The notes under the pieces: model-generated
Told to the model about the DNA's origin: nothing
The model's input: the letters and a program-made list of their open reading frames with translations, nothing else
The model's database searches: none
Position numbers and translations under genes: made by a program
Part shown: piece by piece, positions 8,785 to 18,524 of the stretch
How the letters are laid out: every line of letters begins with the position of its first letter
Numbering within the stretch: position 1 is the first letter of the stretch
DNA from: an uncultured Chromatiaceae bacterium
Lineage (GTDB): Bacteria > Pseudomonadota > Gammaproteobacteria > SZUA-140
NCBI GenBank assembly: GCA_964605155.1
Contig: CAZSAK010000004.1
Coordinates: forward strand, 8,538-72,537
Length of the DNA stretch: 64,000 bases
Reading direction: 5' to 3'

Positions 8785-9780
8785 ATGCAGATATCAGTGG
8801 AAAACAGCGCGTTCCAAAGCCTTGGCCCCGACGATATTCTGGATGCCGTTGAAAGTGTCGGTTATCAATGCGACGGACGTTTTCTAGCACTGAACAGTTA
8901 TGAAAACCGTGTTTATCAGATCGGTATTGAAGATGACAGGCCTGTGGTCGCGAAGTTTTACCGGCCGAATCGCTGGGCGGATGCGGCGATCCTCGAGGAA
9001 CACATCTTTACACTGGAACTGGCTGCGGAGGAGATACCCGTTATTGCACCGATCGCCGATGATAAAGGTGAGACTCTGCATCATCATGGGCCGTTTCGTT
9101 TCGCGTTATATCCATTACGCGGAGGCAGGGCGCCGGAACTCGATAGCCCCGATCATCTGGAACAGCTTGGCCGGTTTATCGGCCGCATTCATGCCATCGG
9201 CAGGACACGTGACTATAAATACCGACCTACGCTGGATATCCGGCATTTCGGGATCGAATCATATCAGTTTCTGCTGGATCAAGGATTTATTCCGGCGGAG
9301 TTGATAGCAGCATACAGGAGCCTTGCAGAAGAGTTGGTTGAGCGTATCAAGGTATGCTTCAGCCGCGCTGAAAAAATCGGAATCATTCGTCTACATGGAG
9401 ATTGTCATCCGGGTAATATACTGTGGCGGGATGAGGGCCCCTTGATCGTGGATTTCGATGATGCACGCATGGGGCCGGCTGTTCAGGATCTTTGGATGTT
9501 CCTGTCCGGTGATCGTGACTACATGACCAGACGTCTGACCGATCTGCTGGATGGATACACGGAGTTTTGCGACTTTGATGCACGTGAACTGCATCTGGTC
9601 GAGGCGTTACGCACCCTGCGTATGATGCACTATGCTGCCTGGATTGCGCGACGCTGGGATGATTCGGCCTTCCCGGCGGCCTTTCCCTGGTTTAACACCG
9701 CCCGCTATTGGGATGACCATATCCTGTCGCTACGCGAACAGGCCGCGCTAATGGATGAACCGCCATTGGTGTGGGATTAA
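8785..9780 (+). CDS. srkA: Stress response kinase A (YihE/SrkA, Ser/Thr kinase)
   Basis: From MQISVENSAFQSLGPDDILDAVE...LNSYENRVYQIGIEDDRPVVAKFYRPNRW...HGDCHPGNILW..VDFDDARMGPAVQDLWM. Aligns end to end with E. coli SrkA. The ORF opens at 8710, but homology supports the ATG at 8785. Confidence 0.85.
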   Translation: MQISVENSAFQSLGPDDILDAVESVGYQCDGRFLALNSYENRVYQIGIEDDRPVVAKFYRPNRWADAAILEEHIFTLELAAEEIPVIAPIADDKGETLHHHGPFRFALYPLRGGRAPELDSPDHLEQLGRFIGRIHAIGRTRDYKYRPTLDIRHFGIESYQFLLDQGFIPAELIAAYRSLAEELVERIKVCFSRAEKIGIIRLHGDCHPGNILWRDEGPLIVDFDDARMGPAVQDLWMFLSGDRDYMTRRLTDLLDGYTEFCDFDARELHLVEALRTLRMMHYAAWIARRWDDSAFPAAFPWFNTARYWDDHILSLREQAALMDEPPLVWD

Positions 9781-10093
9781 CAGGAGTTTATCGTCACCAC
9801 GAGATGGAGGACTTGTACAGCATCTACCGGGGTGGCGTGAGTGTATCCCATAAAATACTCGGAGACATCGGTTTTATGTCCGAAGGCAATCTTTCCGCCG
9901 CGTGCGGAATAACCATTTGATAACCGTCCGAGTAGCAACAGCTTTCGGCCTGCATAGTGCGCCAGGAACGAGCCCTGTATCCATTCGCTGCATCGATCTG
10001 GACATTTCCGCTGTAACGAAATTGTCATACATAAGCCGTTATAATCTCGTAAATGGTTGTATATTTAGGACTATATGCAAACCACAAGGCAAC

Positions 10094-10109
10094 TGGCATG
10101 ATGCTTGCC
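10094..10109 (+). promoter_or_regulatory. Candidate sigma-54 (-24/-12) promoter TGGCAT-N5-TTGCC, also a TGGCA-N7-TGCCA dyad
   Basis: CTGGCATGATGCTTGCCA matches the TGGCACG-N4-TTGCW consensus, with GG and GC in the correct 12-nt register. It sits about 45 bp upstream of the 10155 start codon. rpoN is encoded in the same window. Confidence 0.4.
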
Positions 10110-10154
10110 ATTTAAGGTAATATTTACATAAGTAGAGGGTTTGCATGTAATAGT

Positions 10155-10649
10155 ATGGCAAGGCGCGTTACAGTGATAACTGATACGCAGGAGCGCATGT
10201 TGATCACGGAGAGTGTTTTACTTAAGGCAGATTGCGAAATATCCGCCAGGCTGTCGCATGATGACGACTGGTCGGGCAATATTTGTGATTCTGATCTGAT
10301 TATTATTGCCGTTGAAAGATGTAGCCAGGATCTGTTGAGTAATATTCACCGAATCTATAACAACCATCCAAAACCTGTCGTGCTGTTTGTTGACAAGGAT
10401 GATGAAAAATCGGTGATTGCCGCCATCAATGCTGGCGTGAATGCCTATGTGGTGGATGCTTTTGTCGGTAATCGGACTGCACGTGTCGGGGCGATTGTTA
10501 GTGCTGCCATATCCCGTTTCAATGCTATGCACGCATTGCAACGCGAACTTGATGAAACCAGGGCACGTCTGCGGGAATATGAATCCACTGAATCTGCCGA
10601 GGTCCTCGAAGTCATACAACCCGGGTATATTAAAGACAGCATTCACTAG
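10155..10649 (+). CDS. Atypical receiver (REC-like) domain protein with C-terminal coiled coil; lacks consensus phospho-acceptor residues
   Basis: 164 aa. REC-like layout (VTVITDTQ..DLIIIAVE..PVVLFVDKDD..AYVVDAF), but DD->TD, T->V and K->D at the conserved positions. The C-terminal 50 aa are a predicted helix (LQRELDETRARLREYE). No HTH or ANTAR domain recognised. Confidence 0.5.
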   Translation: MARRVTVITDTQERMLITESVLLKADCEISARLSHDDDWSGNICDSDLIIIAVERCSQDLLSNIHRIYNNHPKPVVLFVDKDDEKSVIAAINAGVNAYVVDAFVGNRTARVGAIVSAAISRFNAMHALQRELDETRARLREYESTESAEVLEVIQPGYIKDSIH

Positions 10650-10739
10650 ATTAATTATTCTTCTTTTATCAGTAAGCTACCCCGGGATGCCGGCTTTTTG
10701 ATGCCCTGTCCCCGCACTTTATTTTCAGTACAAATATAT

Positions 10740-11315
10740 ATGTCTTTACATCGCTGTGAATGGGCGGGGCCCGATCCGCTATACATCGATTATCATGACA
10801 GGGAATGGGGTGTCCCCTGTTATGATGACCGGCATCTGTTCGAGATGCTCAACCTCGAGGGTGCACAGGCCGGCCTGAGCTGGATTACAATACTGAAAAA
10901 ACGTGACAATTATCGCAGGCAGTTTGATGGCTTCAATCCCGACATCATCGCCCGTTATGGCAGGCGCAAGGTCGATATCTTATTGCAGGATCCGGGAATC
11001 ATACGTAACCGCCTCAAGGTCGAGGCCGTCATCACCAATGCCAGGGCCTGTTTGGCAATACTGGATGAGGAAGGTACATTTTCCGACTATCTGTGGCAAT
11101 TTGTCGACGGGAAGCCGATCAACAATCACTGGAAGGCCATGAAGGAAGTGCCTTCAACCACCAAGCAGTCCAGAACAATGAGCAAGGCGTTGAAACAACG
11201 GGGCTTCAAATTTGTCGGAGAGACCATCTGTTATGCCTTCATGCAGGCCGTGGGCATGGTAAATGACCATACCACGCGCTGTTTTCGCCATAAGGAAATT
11301 CGGTCATGCGGATAA
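10740..11315 (+). CDS. tag: DNA-3-methyladenine glycosylase I
   Basis: From MSLHRCEWAGPDPLYIDYHDREWGVP...EGAQAGLSWITILKKRDNYR...RGFKFVGETICYAFMQAVGMVNDH. Colinear with E. coli Tag. Confidence 0.85.
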   Translation: MSLHRCEWAGPDPLYIDYHDREWGVPCYDDRHLFEMLNLEGAQAGLSWITILKKRDNYRRQFDGFNPDIIARYGRRKVDILLQDPGIIRNRLKVEAVITNARACLAILDEEGTFSDYLWQFVDGKPINNHWKAMKEVPSTTKQSRTMSKALKQRGFKFVGETICYAFMQAVGMVNDHTTRCFRHKEIRSCG

Positions 11316-11368
11316 AAGTGTTAGAATCATCACACAGGAAATCCCCTTTAAATCGTTAAGATTACCCT

Positions 11369-11584
11369 ATGGAAATTTATGTGAACGGCGAACCCCGCCA
11401 GGTGGAGGATTCACTGCATATATCAGAACTTGTTGATATGCTTGATCTTGGTAATAGACGGATAGCTATTGAGGTCAATCTCGAGATCGTCCCGCGCAGC
11501 AGCTATACCATCTATAAATTGCAGGGCGGGGATAAGGTCGAGATCGTCCATGCCATTGGCGGTGGATCCGTTGATGGTGGATAA
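11369..11584 (+). CDS. thiS: Sulfur carrier protein ThiS
   Basis: 71 aa ubiquitin-like protein ending in GG, immediately upstream of thiG. Confidence 0.85.
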   Translation: MEIYVNGEPRQVEDSLHISELVDMLDLGNRRIAIEVNLEIVPRSSYTIYKLQGGDKVEIVHAIGGGSVDGG

Positions 11585-11645
11585 AGGGCGATAATATCGG
11601 GTAACCTGCTTCTTATGGTCGGGACAAATAATACAGAGGTGCCAA

Positions 11646-12470
11646 ATGGTAGCAACTCAAACCACCCTTAAGACACGGTCCGTATCTCAAGAAGACAATG
11701 TCCTCGTGATTGATGGCGTGACATACCACTCGCGCCTGCTGGTAGGTACGGGTAAGTATCGTGATCTTGATGAAACACGCCAGGCAACCGAGGCGAGTGG
11801 TGCCGAGATCGTAACGATCGCGATTCGCCGTTCGAATATCGGCCAGAACCCGGGCGAGCCCAATCTCCTTGATGCCATACCGACGGACAGATATACCCTG
11901 CTGCCGAATACGGCTGGTTGTTATACGGTGCAAGATGCCGTGCGTACCTGCCGCCTGGCACGTGAACTGCTGGACGGCCATCAACTGGTCAAGCTGGAGG
12001 TGCTGGGAGATGAAAAGACGCTTTATCCCGATATGGTACAGACCTATCAGGCGGCAGAAATACTGATCAAGGATGGTTTCAAGGTGATGGTCTATACTAA
12101 CGATGATCCAATTGCCGCGATACATCTTGAGGAAATGGGTTGCGTGGCAGTTATGCCGTTGGCCGCGCCGATCGGTTCAGGGCTTGGTATTCGCAATCCA
12201 TATAACATCAGGACCATCGTCGAAAATGCATCTGTCCCGATACTGGTCGATGCCGGAGTCGGTACAGCGTCCGATGCGTCGATCGCTATGGAACTGGGTT
12301 GTGACGGTGTGTTGATGAATACCGCGATTGCCGGAGCGAAGGTTCCCGTTTTGATGGCATCGGCAATGAAGAAGGCCGTTGAGGCAGGACGTGAAGCCTA
12401 TCTGGCCGGACGAATACCGCGTAAACGCTATGCAAGTGCATCTTCACCAGTAGACGGGACGTTTTTCTGA
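11646..12470 (+). CDS. thiG: Thiazole synthase ThiG
   Basis: [31 protein letters not shown] and [13 protein letters not shown] motifs. Confidence 0.9.
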   Translation: MVATQTTLKTRSVSQEDNVLVIDGVTYHSRLLVGTGKYRDLDETRQATEASGAEIVTIAIRRSNIGQNPGEPNLLDAIPTDRYTLLPNTAGCYTVQDAVRTCRLARELLDGHQLVKLEVLGDEKTLYPDMVQTYQAAEILIKDGFKVMVYTNDDPIAAIHLEEMGCVAVMPLAAPIGSGLGIRNPYNIRTIVENASVPILVDAGVGTASDASIAMELGCDGVLMNTAIAGAKVPVLMASAMKKAVEAGREAYLAGRIPRKRYASASSPVDGTFF

Positions 12471-12480
12471 TCAATGTTTA

Positions 12481-13191
12481 ATGCTTCATAAGAGCCAATC
12501 TACGGACCAGTCCCCGATCTACAGACCCATCCGCAGTTTTGTGCGCCGCGAAGGCAGAATGACCAGGGGACAGAAAATTGCCCTGCAACACTTGTGGCCG
12601 CGATATGGTATCGATATGTGCAAAGACTACGTCGATCTTGACATGGTGTTCGGCAGGCAAGCACCGTGCATTCTGGAGATCGGTCTGGGTATGGGCGATT
12701 CTCTCATCACAATGGCGCGCAACCATCCGGAAAATGACTATCTGGGTATTGAGGTCTATCGACCCGGCGTTGGCAGCTTGCTGAACAAGCTCGATGAATG
12801 TGGCATAGGGAATGTTCGCGTCATCAATGATGAGGCGACGATGGTGTTGCAGCAGATGATCCCTGAAAACAGCATTTCAGCTGTGTATATATTCTTTCCA
12901 GATCCTTGGCCCAAGAAACGTCATCACAAGCGGCGATTGATACAACCCTTATTTATCGAGTTACTCTCCGGAAAGTTACAACCCGGCGGGATGTTGCACA
13001 TGGCAACAGACTGGGAGGATTATGCCCACCATATGATGGCAGTTATGAATTATGCTTCGATGTTTACCAATACAGCCGGAATAAATCATTTCTCTCCCCG
13101 TCCGGATTACCGTCCATTGACCAAGTTCGAGCAACGCGGCATGAAACTGGGGCACAGGGTTTGGGATCTGGTGTTCAGAAAAACGGCCTAG
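12481..13191 (+). CDS. trmB: tRNA (guanine46-N7)-methyltransferase TrmB
   Basis: ILEIGLGMGDSL and FFPDPWPKKRHHKRRL motifs. The thiS-thiG-trmB arrangement is typical of gammaproteobacteria. Confidence 0.9.
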   Translation: MLHKSQSTDQSPIYRPIRSFVRREGRMTRGQKIALQHLWPRYGIDMCKDYVDLDMVFGRQAPCILEIGLGMGDSLITMARNHPENDYLGIEVYRPGVGSLLNKLDECGIGNVRVINDEATMVLQQMIPENSISAVYIFFPDPWPKKRHHKRRLIQPLFIELLSGKLQPGGMLHMATDWEDYAHHMMAVMNYASMFTNTAGINHFSPRPDYRPLTKFEQRGMKLGHRVWDLVFRKTA

Positions 13192-13246
13192 CCAGCACGA
13201 TACTACCCGTTGATAAAGCTCGACGATCGATTTGATCAGTAGCCCG

Positions 13247-14092
13247 TCAAGTAAGTTCGATATCCAGCAGTCCCAGCACCCCTTCGAGTCCACAATGATT
13301 GAGTACCACGTCGGCCTCCGCCTGCACTGCGGGCTTGGCATGATAGGCGATTCCAAGACCGGCAAGTTTCATCATCTTCAGGTCGTTCGCGCCGTCACCC
13401 ATAGCGACAACCTGCCGGGGATTGATTCCGAGCTGTTTACATAGATGTATCAGAAAATCTGCTTTAGCACCGGCACCAACGATCTCGCCATGTACCTTAC
13501 CTGTGAGTTTGTCGTTGCTGATCTCTAGGGTATTCGAGAGCGTATAGTCCAGTTGATAACGCTGTTTGAGGCGTTTAGTGAAATAGCTGAAACCACCCGA
13601 GACCAGTGCGATCCTGATGTTTCTGGATTTCAACCCCGCTATCATGTTTTCACCCCCGGGGTTGAGTTGCAGGCGTTCCTGGTAGACATGATCCAGCGCA
13701 TCAGCGGACAGACCCTCAAGCAGTTCAATACGTTTGGTCAGCGACGTTTCAAAATTGATCTCACCCCGCATGGCAGCTGTTGTTATTGCGGCGACCTTCG
13801 GTTTGATGTCCATGAAATCGGCGATCTCGTCGACACACTCGATATTGATAAATGTGGAATCCATGTCGGTGATCAGCAAGCGGACATCGTTTGGGTCAAA
13901 ACCCTCCGGTAATATATTGATGTCGATGCTGTATCTGCTGCGCAAATCCACCAGTTGCTCGAGGGAGACGTTATTCTTGACGACCATCCTGAAAAAATGG
14001 TGTCTGATCTCGAACATGCCTTTAAGCTCGGTGGCAATCCTGCCGACGATGTCTTTGTCCAATTGCGGACCCTGGAGGACAAGGCGCTGCAT
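13247..14092 (-). CDS. serB: Phosphoserine phosphatase SerB
   Basis: HAD motifs LLITDMDSTFI and VAMGDGANDL; N-terminal ACT-like region. Confidence 0.85.
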   Translation of the reverse strand: MQRLVLQGPQLDKDIVGRIATELKGMFEIRHHFFRMVVKNNVSLEQLVDLRSRYSIDINILPEGFDPNDVRLLITDMDSTFINIECVDEIADFMDIKPKVAAITTAAMRGEINFETSLTKRIELLEGLSADALDHVYQERLQLNPGGENMIAGLKSRNIRIALVSGGFSYFTKRLKQRYQLDYTLSNTLEISNDKLTGKVHGEIVGAGAKADFLIHLCKQLGINPRQVVAMGDGANDLKMMKLAGLGIAYHAKPAVQAEADVVLNHCGLEGVLGLLDIELT

Positions 14093-14131
14093 GATTGTCA
14101 GTATGACTCCCGGAAGCCTGTGTGACAGCTA

Positions 14132-14323
14132 TTATTCATTTTCCTGCCGTGTATCACAACCGATGAGATTACCCTCCATGTCGAACGCAATAGTGAACAC
14201 GATCGGCTGGCAACATACACTGCAATCCTCCGTATATACCTGATTACCGGCTGACGGGTCGATCGTGGTGATGACAGGTTCACCACAGTAAGGGCAGAGT
14301 ACCTGTTTTTCTTCAAGCAGCAT
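14132..14323 (-). CDS. CPXCG-motif cysteine-rich zinc-ribbon protein
   Basis: MLLEEKQVLCPYCGEP....YTEDCSVCCQPI; about 63 aa. The ORF opens at 14347, but an internal Met start is more likely. It overlaps the hemW 5' end by about 11 nt. Confidence 0.55.
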   Translation of the reverse strand: MLLEEKQVLCPYCGEPVITTIDPSAGNQVYTEDCSVCCQPIVFTIAFDMEGNLIGCDTRQENE

Positions 14324-15485
14324 GCTCGGTGGACATGAACAAGGCAATTAAATCATTCAGAAAGTGACGGCCGCGTTCGGTAGGTCTGATGGTTGTGACA
14401 TCGCGTTCGATAAGTCCCTCTTGTTCCGCCTGTTGCAGGGGTCCTTCAATAACGGTTATCGGAACCCCGGTATGCTGGAAGAATAACGCAACCGGAAAAC
14501 CGTCCGTAAGACGCAACGCATTCATCATGAATTCGAGGCCGACCTCCTGTGGAGTCAGGATCTTCGTATTTCCGATCGTATTACCGCGGGCAGCGGCATT
14601 ATTGTAGGCTTCAGGATGTTTGATTTTCCAGCTGCGGGATATTGATTGTTGCTGGGCATCGGTAATCTTCGAATGTGCACCTGCCCCGATCCCGAGATAG
14701 TCCCCGAATGTCCAGTAATTCAGGTTATGCCTGCACTGGTAATCAGGACGGGCGTAGGCGGAGACCTCGTAATGCACATAGCCATGCTCAGCTAGCATCT
14801 GTTGACATTGCTGCTGCATTTCCCAGATATCATCTTCATTCGGTAATGACGGCGGGTAGCGCTGAAACAGCGTATTGGGTTCGATTGTCAGCTGGTAATG
14901 CGATATATGTGTAGGAGACAGTGCTATAGCCTGTTCAATATCGGACACGGCCTGCTCGATCGTCTGGCCGGGCAGGCCGAACATCAGATCGAGATTGAAA
15001 TTGTCAAAACCTGCCGTGGCCGCCGCGGTTGCAGCGGACAGTGCCTCTTCCCGGCCATGTACGCGGCCCAGCTCTTCAAGCAGGCGCGCATCAAAGCTCT
15101 GGATGCCGATCGACAGGCGATTGATGCCCGCATCCCTGTATTCCTCGAAACCGGCTTGCTCCGCGCTGCCCGGATTTGCTTCAAGCGTGATCTCCATGCC
15201 TGGTATCAAGGGCAGGCGGGCACGCAATTCGGATAACAGGCGATCAATATCAGATGGGGTAAACAGGCTGGGCGTACCACCGCCGATGAAAATGCTTTCC
15301 ACCGTTCTCCCCCATACACGCGGCAGTTCATGCTCAAGATCCGCGACCAATGCATCGATATAGGATGCCGCGGGAACCGGTCCTCTGGCCTCATGGGAGT
15401 TAAAGTCGCAGTATGGACATTTGCGTTTACACCATGGCATATGTACATACAGTGACAATGGCGGCAGAGAGGTGAAAGTGAACAT
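14313..15485 (-). CDS. hemW: Radical SAM heme chaperone HemW (HemN-like, oxygen-independent coproporphyrinogen III oxidase family)
   Basis: CxxxCxxC radical-SAM motif (CKRKCPYCDF), the GGGTPS motif, and a HemN C-terminal domain. Confidence 0.85.
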   Translation of the reverse strand: MFTFTSLPPLSLYVHMPWCKRKCPYCDFNSHEARGPVPAASYIDALVADLEHELPRVWGRTVESIFIGGGTPSLFTPSDIDRLLSELRARLPLIPGMEITLEANPGSAEQAGFEEYRDAGINRLSIGIQSFDARLLEELGRVHGREEALSAATAAATAGFDNFNLDLMFGLPGQTIEQAVSDIEQAIALSPTHISHYQLTIEPNTLFQRYPPSLPNEDDIWEMQQQCQQMLAEHGYVHYEVSAYARPDYQCRHNLNYWTFGDYLGIGAGAHSKITDAQQQSISRSWKIKHPEAYNNAAARGNTIGNTKILTPQEVGLEFMMNALRLTDGFPVALFFQHTGVPITVIEGPLQQAEQEGLIERDVTTIRPTERGRHFLNDLIALFMSTEHAA

Positions 15486-15620
15486 TCGGTGTGTGATATT
15501 AAGCTGGTTGTTGATTCACAGGGGTCGTAATGATCCTGTTATGATATACAACATTATAGGAAAAACAGGTGGGCATTGGCCTGGTCCCTGTGTAAATAAA
15601 GCTGGCAGGACAGCCGGCTC

Positions 15621-15650
15621 ACAAAATAAAAGCCCGTCTGTCGACGGGCT
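15621..15650 (-). terminator. Rho-independent terminator of the 15676..15963 gene
   Basis: AGCCCGTCtgtcGACGGGCT hairpin. On the minus strand it is followed by TTTATTTTGT, immediately downstream of the stop codon. Confidence 0.55.
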
Positions 15651-15675
15651 TTCTTGAGTCCAACTCTGTAATACG

Positions 15676-15963
15676 TTATTTCACGTTTGACGCGATCAGT
15701 TTCCCATCTGCCTCGGCATAGCCGACGATGACCTGGTCATTATTGAGACTGGCAAGTTGCAGCATGATCTTGTTGTCGGCACTGAAGGTAATCGGTTTGT
15801 TGGTCTCTGCATCCTGAATGGTGAAGGTATGGGCCTCGTTGTCGATGGAGGTGATCCTGCCTGCATGGGTGTTTGGTCCCATCATACTGCATGCAAAGGA
15901 CGTGCTTGAGCCAAGCAGAAGCAAGGCGGCCACTGAAACGGATTTCAAGGACATATATTTCAT
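15676..15963 (-). CDS. Small secreted periplasmic protein (possible CusF-like OB-fold metal-binding protein)
   Basis: 95 aa with a signal peptide (LLLLGSSTSFA). Mature part MMGPNTHAGRITSIDNEAHTFTI...VIVGYAEADGKLIA recalls the CusF layout. Assignment is tentative. Confidence 0.5.
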   Translation of the reverse strand: MKYMSLKSVSVAALLLLGSSTSFACSMMGPNTHAGRITSIDNEAHTFTIQDAETNKPITFSADNKIMLQLASLNNDQVIVGYAEADGKLIASNVK

Positions 15964-16027
15964 GATAAACGCTCCTATTGGTGGCGAGTGAACCGGAATT
16001 GAATTCGTATAATCATTAGACCACAGT

Positions 16028-16678
16028 TTATACCGATAGTTTACAGCCCTTCAACTTCCCGACAAGCTGTTGCAGGGCCTGGCCCCGGTGGCTGAGCGCA
16101 TTTTTCACCTTCGCCGGCAGTTCCGCTGATGAACAGTGGTGTGTAGGCACATAGAATATAGGGTCATAGCCGAAGCCGTTTGTTCCGCGCGGCGCAAACA
16201 GGATATGTCCTTCCCAGGTCCCTTGGCAGATGATGGGCGTTGGATCGTCTGCATGCGCCAGATATACCATCACGCAATGGAAACATGCGCTGCGTCGGAA
16301 TTCAGGAACCCCGGCCAGATCGGCGAGGAGCTTGTTCAGATTCTCTTCATCGCTTGCGTCCACCCCTGCATAGCGTGACGAATAGATACCGGGCGCACCG
16401 TTCAGGGCGTCGACCTCGAGACCCGAATCATCGGCTATGGTCGGCAACCCGCTTATATGGGATGCATGCCGTGCCTTCAGGATGGCGTTTTCCACGAATG
16501 TGAGGCCGGTTTCTTCTATATCAGTGATATTGAAGTCAGACTGACGGATGATCCGTACCGGAGTTCCTTCCAGCAGCTGACTGATCTCCCGTAGCTTGCC
16601 TGGATTACCGCTGGCGAGCACGATGCGTTCCGGCAAGATTTGCGATGCGGCTATCATAGTATGCGAATGCGTGGTCAT
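16028..16678 (-). CDS. rdgB: dITP/XTP pyrophosphatase (Ham1/RdgB family)
   Basis: SGNPGKLRE, TFVENA and FGYDPIF motifs. Sits immediately downstream of rph, as in E. coli. Confidence 0.85.
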   Translation of the reverse strand: MTTHSHTMIAASQILPERIVLASGNPGKLREISQLLEGTPVRIIRQSDFNITDIEETGLTFVENAILKARHASHISGLPTIADDSGLEVDALNGAPGIYSSRYAGVDASDEENLNKLLADLAGVPEFRRSACFHCVMVYLAHADDPTPIICQGTWEGHILFAPRGTNGFGYDPIFYVPTHHCSSAELPAKVKNALSHRGQALQQLVGKLKGCKLSV

Positions 16679-16695
16679 GGTGTGGATTTCTGGCT

Positions 16696-17412
16696 TCAGG
16701 CGGATAAGATATTTTTTTGTTTTTCAATCAATTGGGATATTCCCCCTTTGGCCAGCTCAATCATCGCCAGCAATTCGTTCATGTGAAAGGCATGGCCTTC
16801 CGCGGTTCCCTGAATTTCGATAAACGCTCCCGCGTCATTCATGACCACGTTCATGTCGGTTTCAGCGTCTGAATCCTCGGCATAGTCCAGGTCTAGGACG
16901 GCTTTACCCTGGTAGATACCCACCGAAACCGAGGCAACCTGCCCATGGACAGGATCGTTTGCCAGCTTTTGGCGTTGGCGCATGTGGGAAACAGCTTCCA
17001 CCAGAGCCACATAACCGCCCGTGATCGAGGCGGTACGGGTGCCACCGTCGGCCTGGATGACATCGCAATCGATGGTAATCGTCTTCTCACCAAGGGCCCG
17101 CAGATCGACCACCGCACGTAATGAACGCCCAATAAGTCGTTGGATCTCCATGGTCCTGCCGCCGGGACGGCCTCGATGGGCTTCACGGGCCATGCGCTGT
17201 CCGGTGGAACGTGGCAGCATTCCGTATTCGGCGGTGACCCAGCCCTGTCCGGAACCCTTGAGAAACGCCGGGACCTTGTTTTCGATACTGGCGTTGCATA
17301 TTACCCGGGTATCGCCGAATTCCACCAGTACGGATCCTTCTGCATGTTTGGTATAGCCGGGTGTTAATTGTATAGTTCTGAGTTCATCCGGTGCTCGACC
17401 GCTGGGACGCAT
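16696..17412 (-). CDS. rph: Ribonuclease PH
   Basis: From [12 protein letters not shown]...[14 protein letters not shown]...[17 protein letters not shown]. Start set at the internal ATG with an AAAGGAATAACC RBS. The ORF extends upstream to 17592. Confidence 0.9.
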   Translation of the reverse strand: MRPSGRAPDELRTIQLTPGYTKHAEGSVLVEFGDTRVICNASIENKVPAFLKGSGQGWVTAEYGMLPRSTGQRMAREAHRGRPGGRTMEIQRLIGRSLRAVVDLRALGEKTITIDCDVIQADGGTRTASITGGYVALVEAVSHMRQRQKLANDPVHGQVASVSVGIYQGKAVLDLDYAEDSDAETDMNVVMNDAGAFIEIQGTAEGHAFHMNELLAMIELAKGGISQLIEKQKNILSA

Positions 17413-17592
17413 GGTTATTCCTTTCATCGTAGATGCAAAGTATGGAATTATAACCTGAATGTCACGTTGTATCCCTATCCGCTTGCTGCGGAATATTAAC
17501 AGTCGTTCCGGAGATGGCGGCTTAATATGCTCTTTGATTCTATCCGGGCTGTAATCACCCACGAAACGGCGGTATCTACAGGAAAAAGACAA

Positions 17593-18465
17593 ATGACCAG
17601 AAGCATGACAGCCTTTACACGGCAGGAGATCAGTACGGGATGGGGCGTATTAAGTTGGGAAATGCGCAGTGTAAACCATCGTTATCTGGAGGTTCAGGTG
17701 CGTCTGCCGGAAGATATGCGGGTACTGGAATCCGCCGTCAGGGAAAGGGTAAACAGCCGCCTGAACAGGGGCAAGGTCGATTGCATGTTACGTTTTAAAC
17801 CGGTGGCCAACGCTGAACATACAAATCTCGCGTTGAACAAGGATCTGGTGAAATTATTGCTTGCGGCGAACAAGGAAGTGGAGGGTATGATCTCGCAACA
17901 GACAGCCCTGCTTGACAGCCTCGATATTTTACGCTGGCCGGGCGTGCTTCAGGTCGTTGAGACTGATCTGGATCAATTGCAGCAGGAGGCATTGAAGCTG
18001 CTCGATCATTGCCTGGATGAATTAGCCACAAATCGTCAACGCGAAGGCAGTAAGATGAATGAGATTATTTCGCAGCGTTGCAGCGCCATCCTGGAGCAGG
18101 TGGAACATGTAAAGCAGAGACTGCCGGAAATCTTCATCAATCAAAGAAGAAAACTGACAGATCGCCTGCAGGAATTGAAGTCCGAGATGGATATGTCACG
18201 TCTTGAACAGGAAATGGTCTATGTCGCTCAGAAAATTGATGTAGCTGAAGAACTGGACCGCCTCAAGGTTCATGTCGAGGAGGTGCAACGTGTGCTGCAA
18301 ACAGATGAGCCCGTAGGGAGACGCCTGGATTTTCTGATGCAGGAACTCAATCGGGAGGCCAATACCCTCGGTTCAAAATCTGTCGATACACAAACAACAC
18401 GTGCGTCTGTCGAGATCAAGGTGCTGATCGAGCAGATGCGGGAGCAGATCCAGAACATTGAGTAA
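17593..18465 (+). CDS. yicC: YicC family stress-induced protein
   Basis: [33 protein letters not shown] aligns with the E. coli YicC N-terminus. Divergent from rph, as in E. coli. Confidence 0.85.
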   Translation: MTRSMTAFTRQEISTGWGVLSWEMRSVNHRYLEVQVRLPEDMRVLESAVRERVNSRLNRGKVDCMLRFKPVANAEHTNLALNKDLVKLLLAANKEVEGMISQQTALLDSLDILRWPGVLQVVETDLDQLQQEALKLLDHCLDELATNRQREGSKMNEIISQRCSAILEQVEHVKQRLPEIFINQRRKLTDRLQELKSEMDMSRLEQEMVYVAQKIDVAEELDRLKVHVEEVQRVLQTDEPVGRRLDFLMQELNREANTLGSKSVDTQTTRASVEIKVLIEQMREQIQNIE

Positions 18466-18524
18466 TCACGTCGAGCAACTGCTGGCATCGACAGACGCCA
18501 CTGATCGTTGTGCGGGGCAGGCAT

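Noticed and set aside
9777-10028. - strand 83-aa ORF between srkA and the REC-like gene
   Set aside because: No RBS, unusual composition, and it overlaps the srkA stop. Likely non-coding promoter region.
11316-11368. TPP riboswitch upstream of thiS-thiG
   Set aside because: The intergenic spacer is only about 53 nt. That is too short for a THI-box aptamer, and no CUGAGA/ACCUGA-type motifs were seen.
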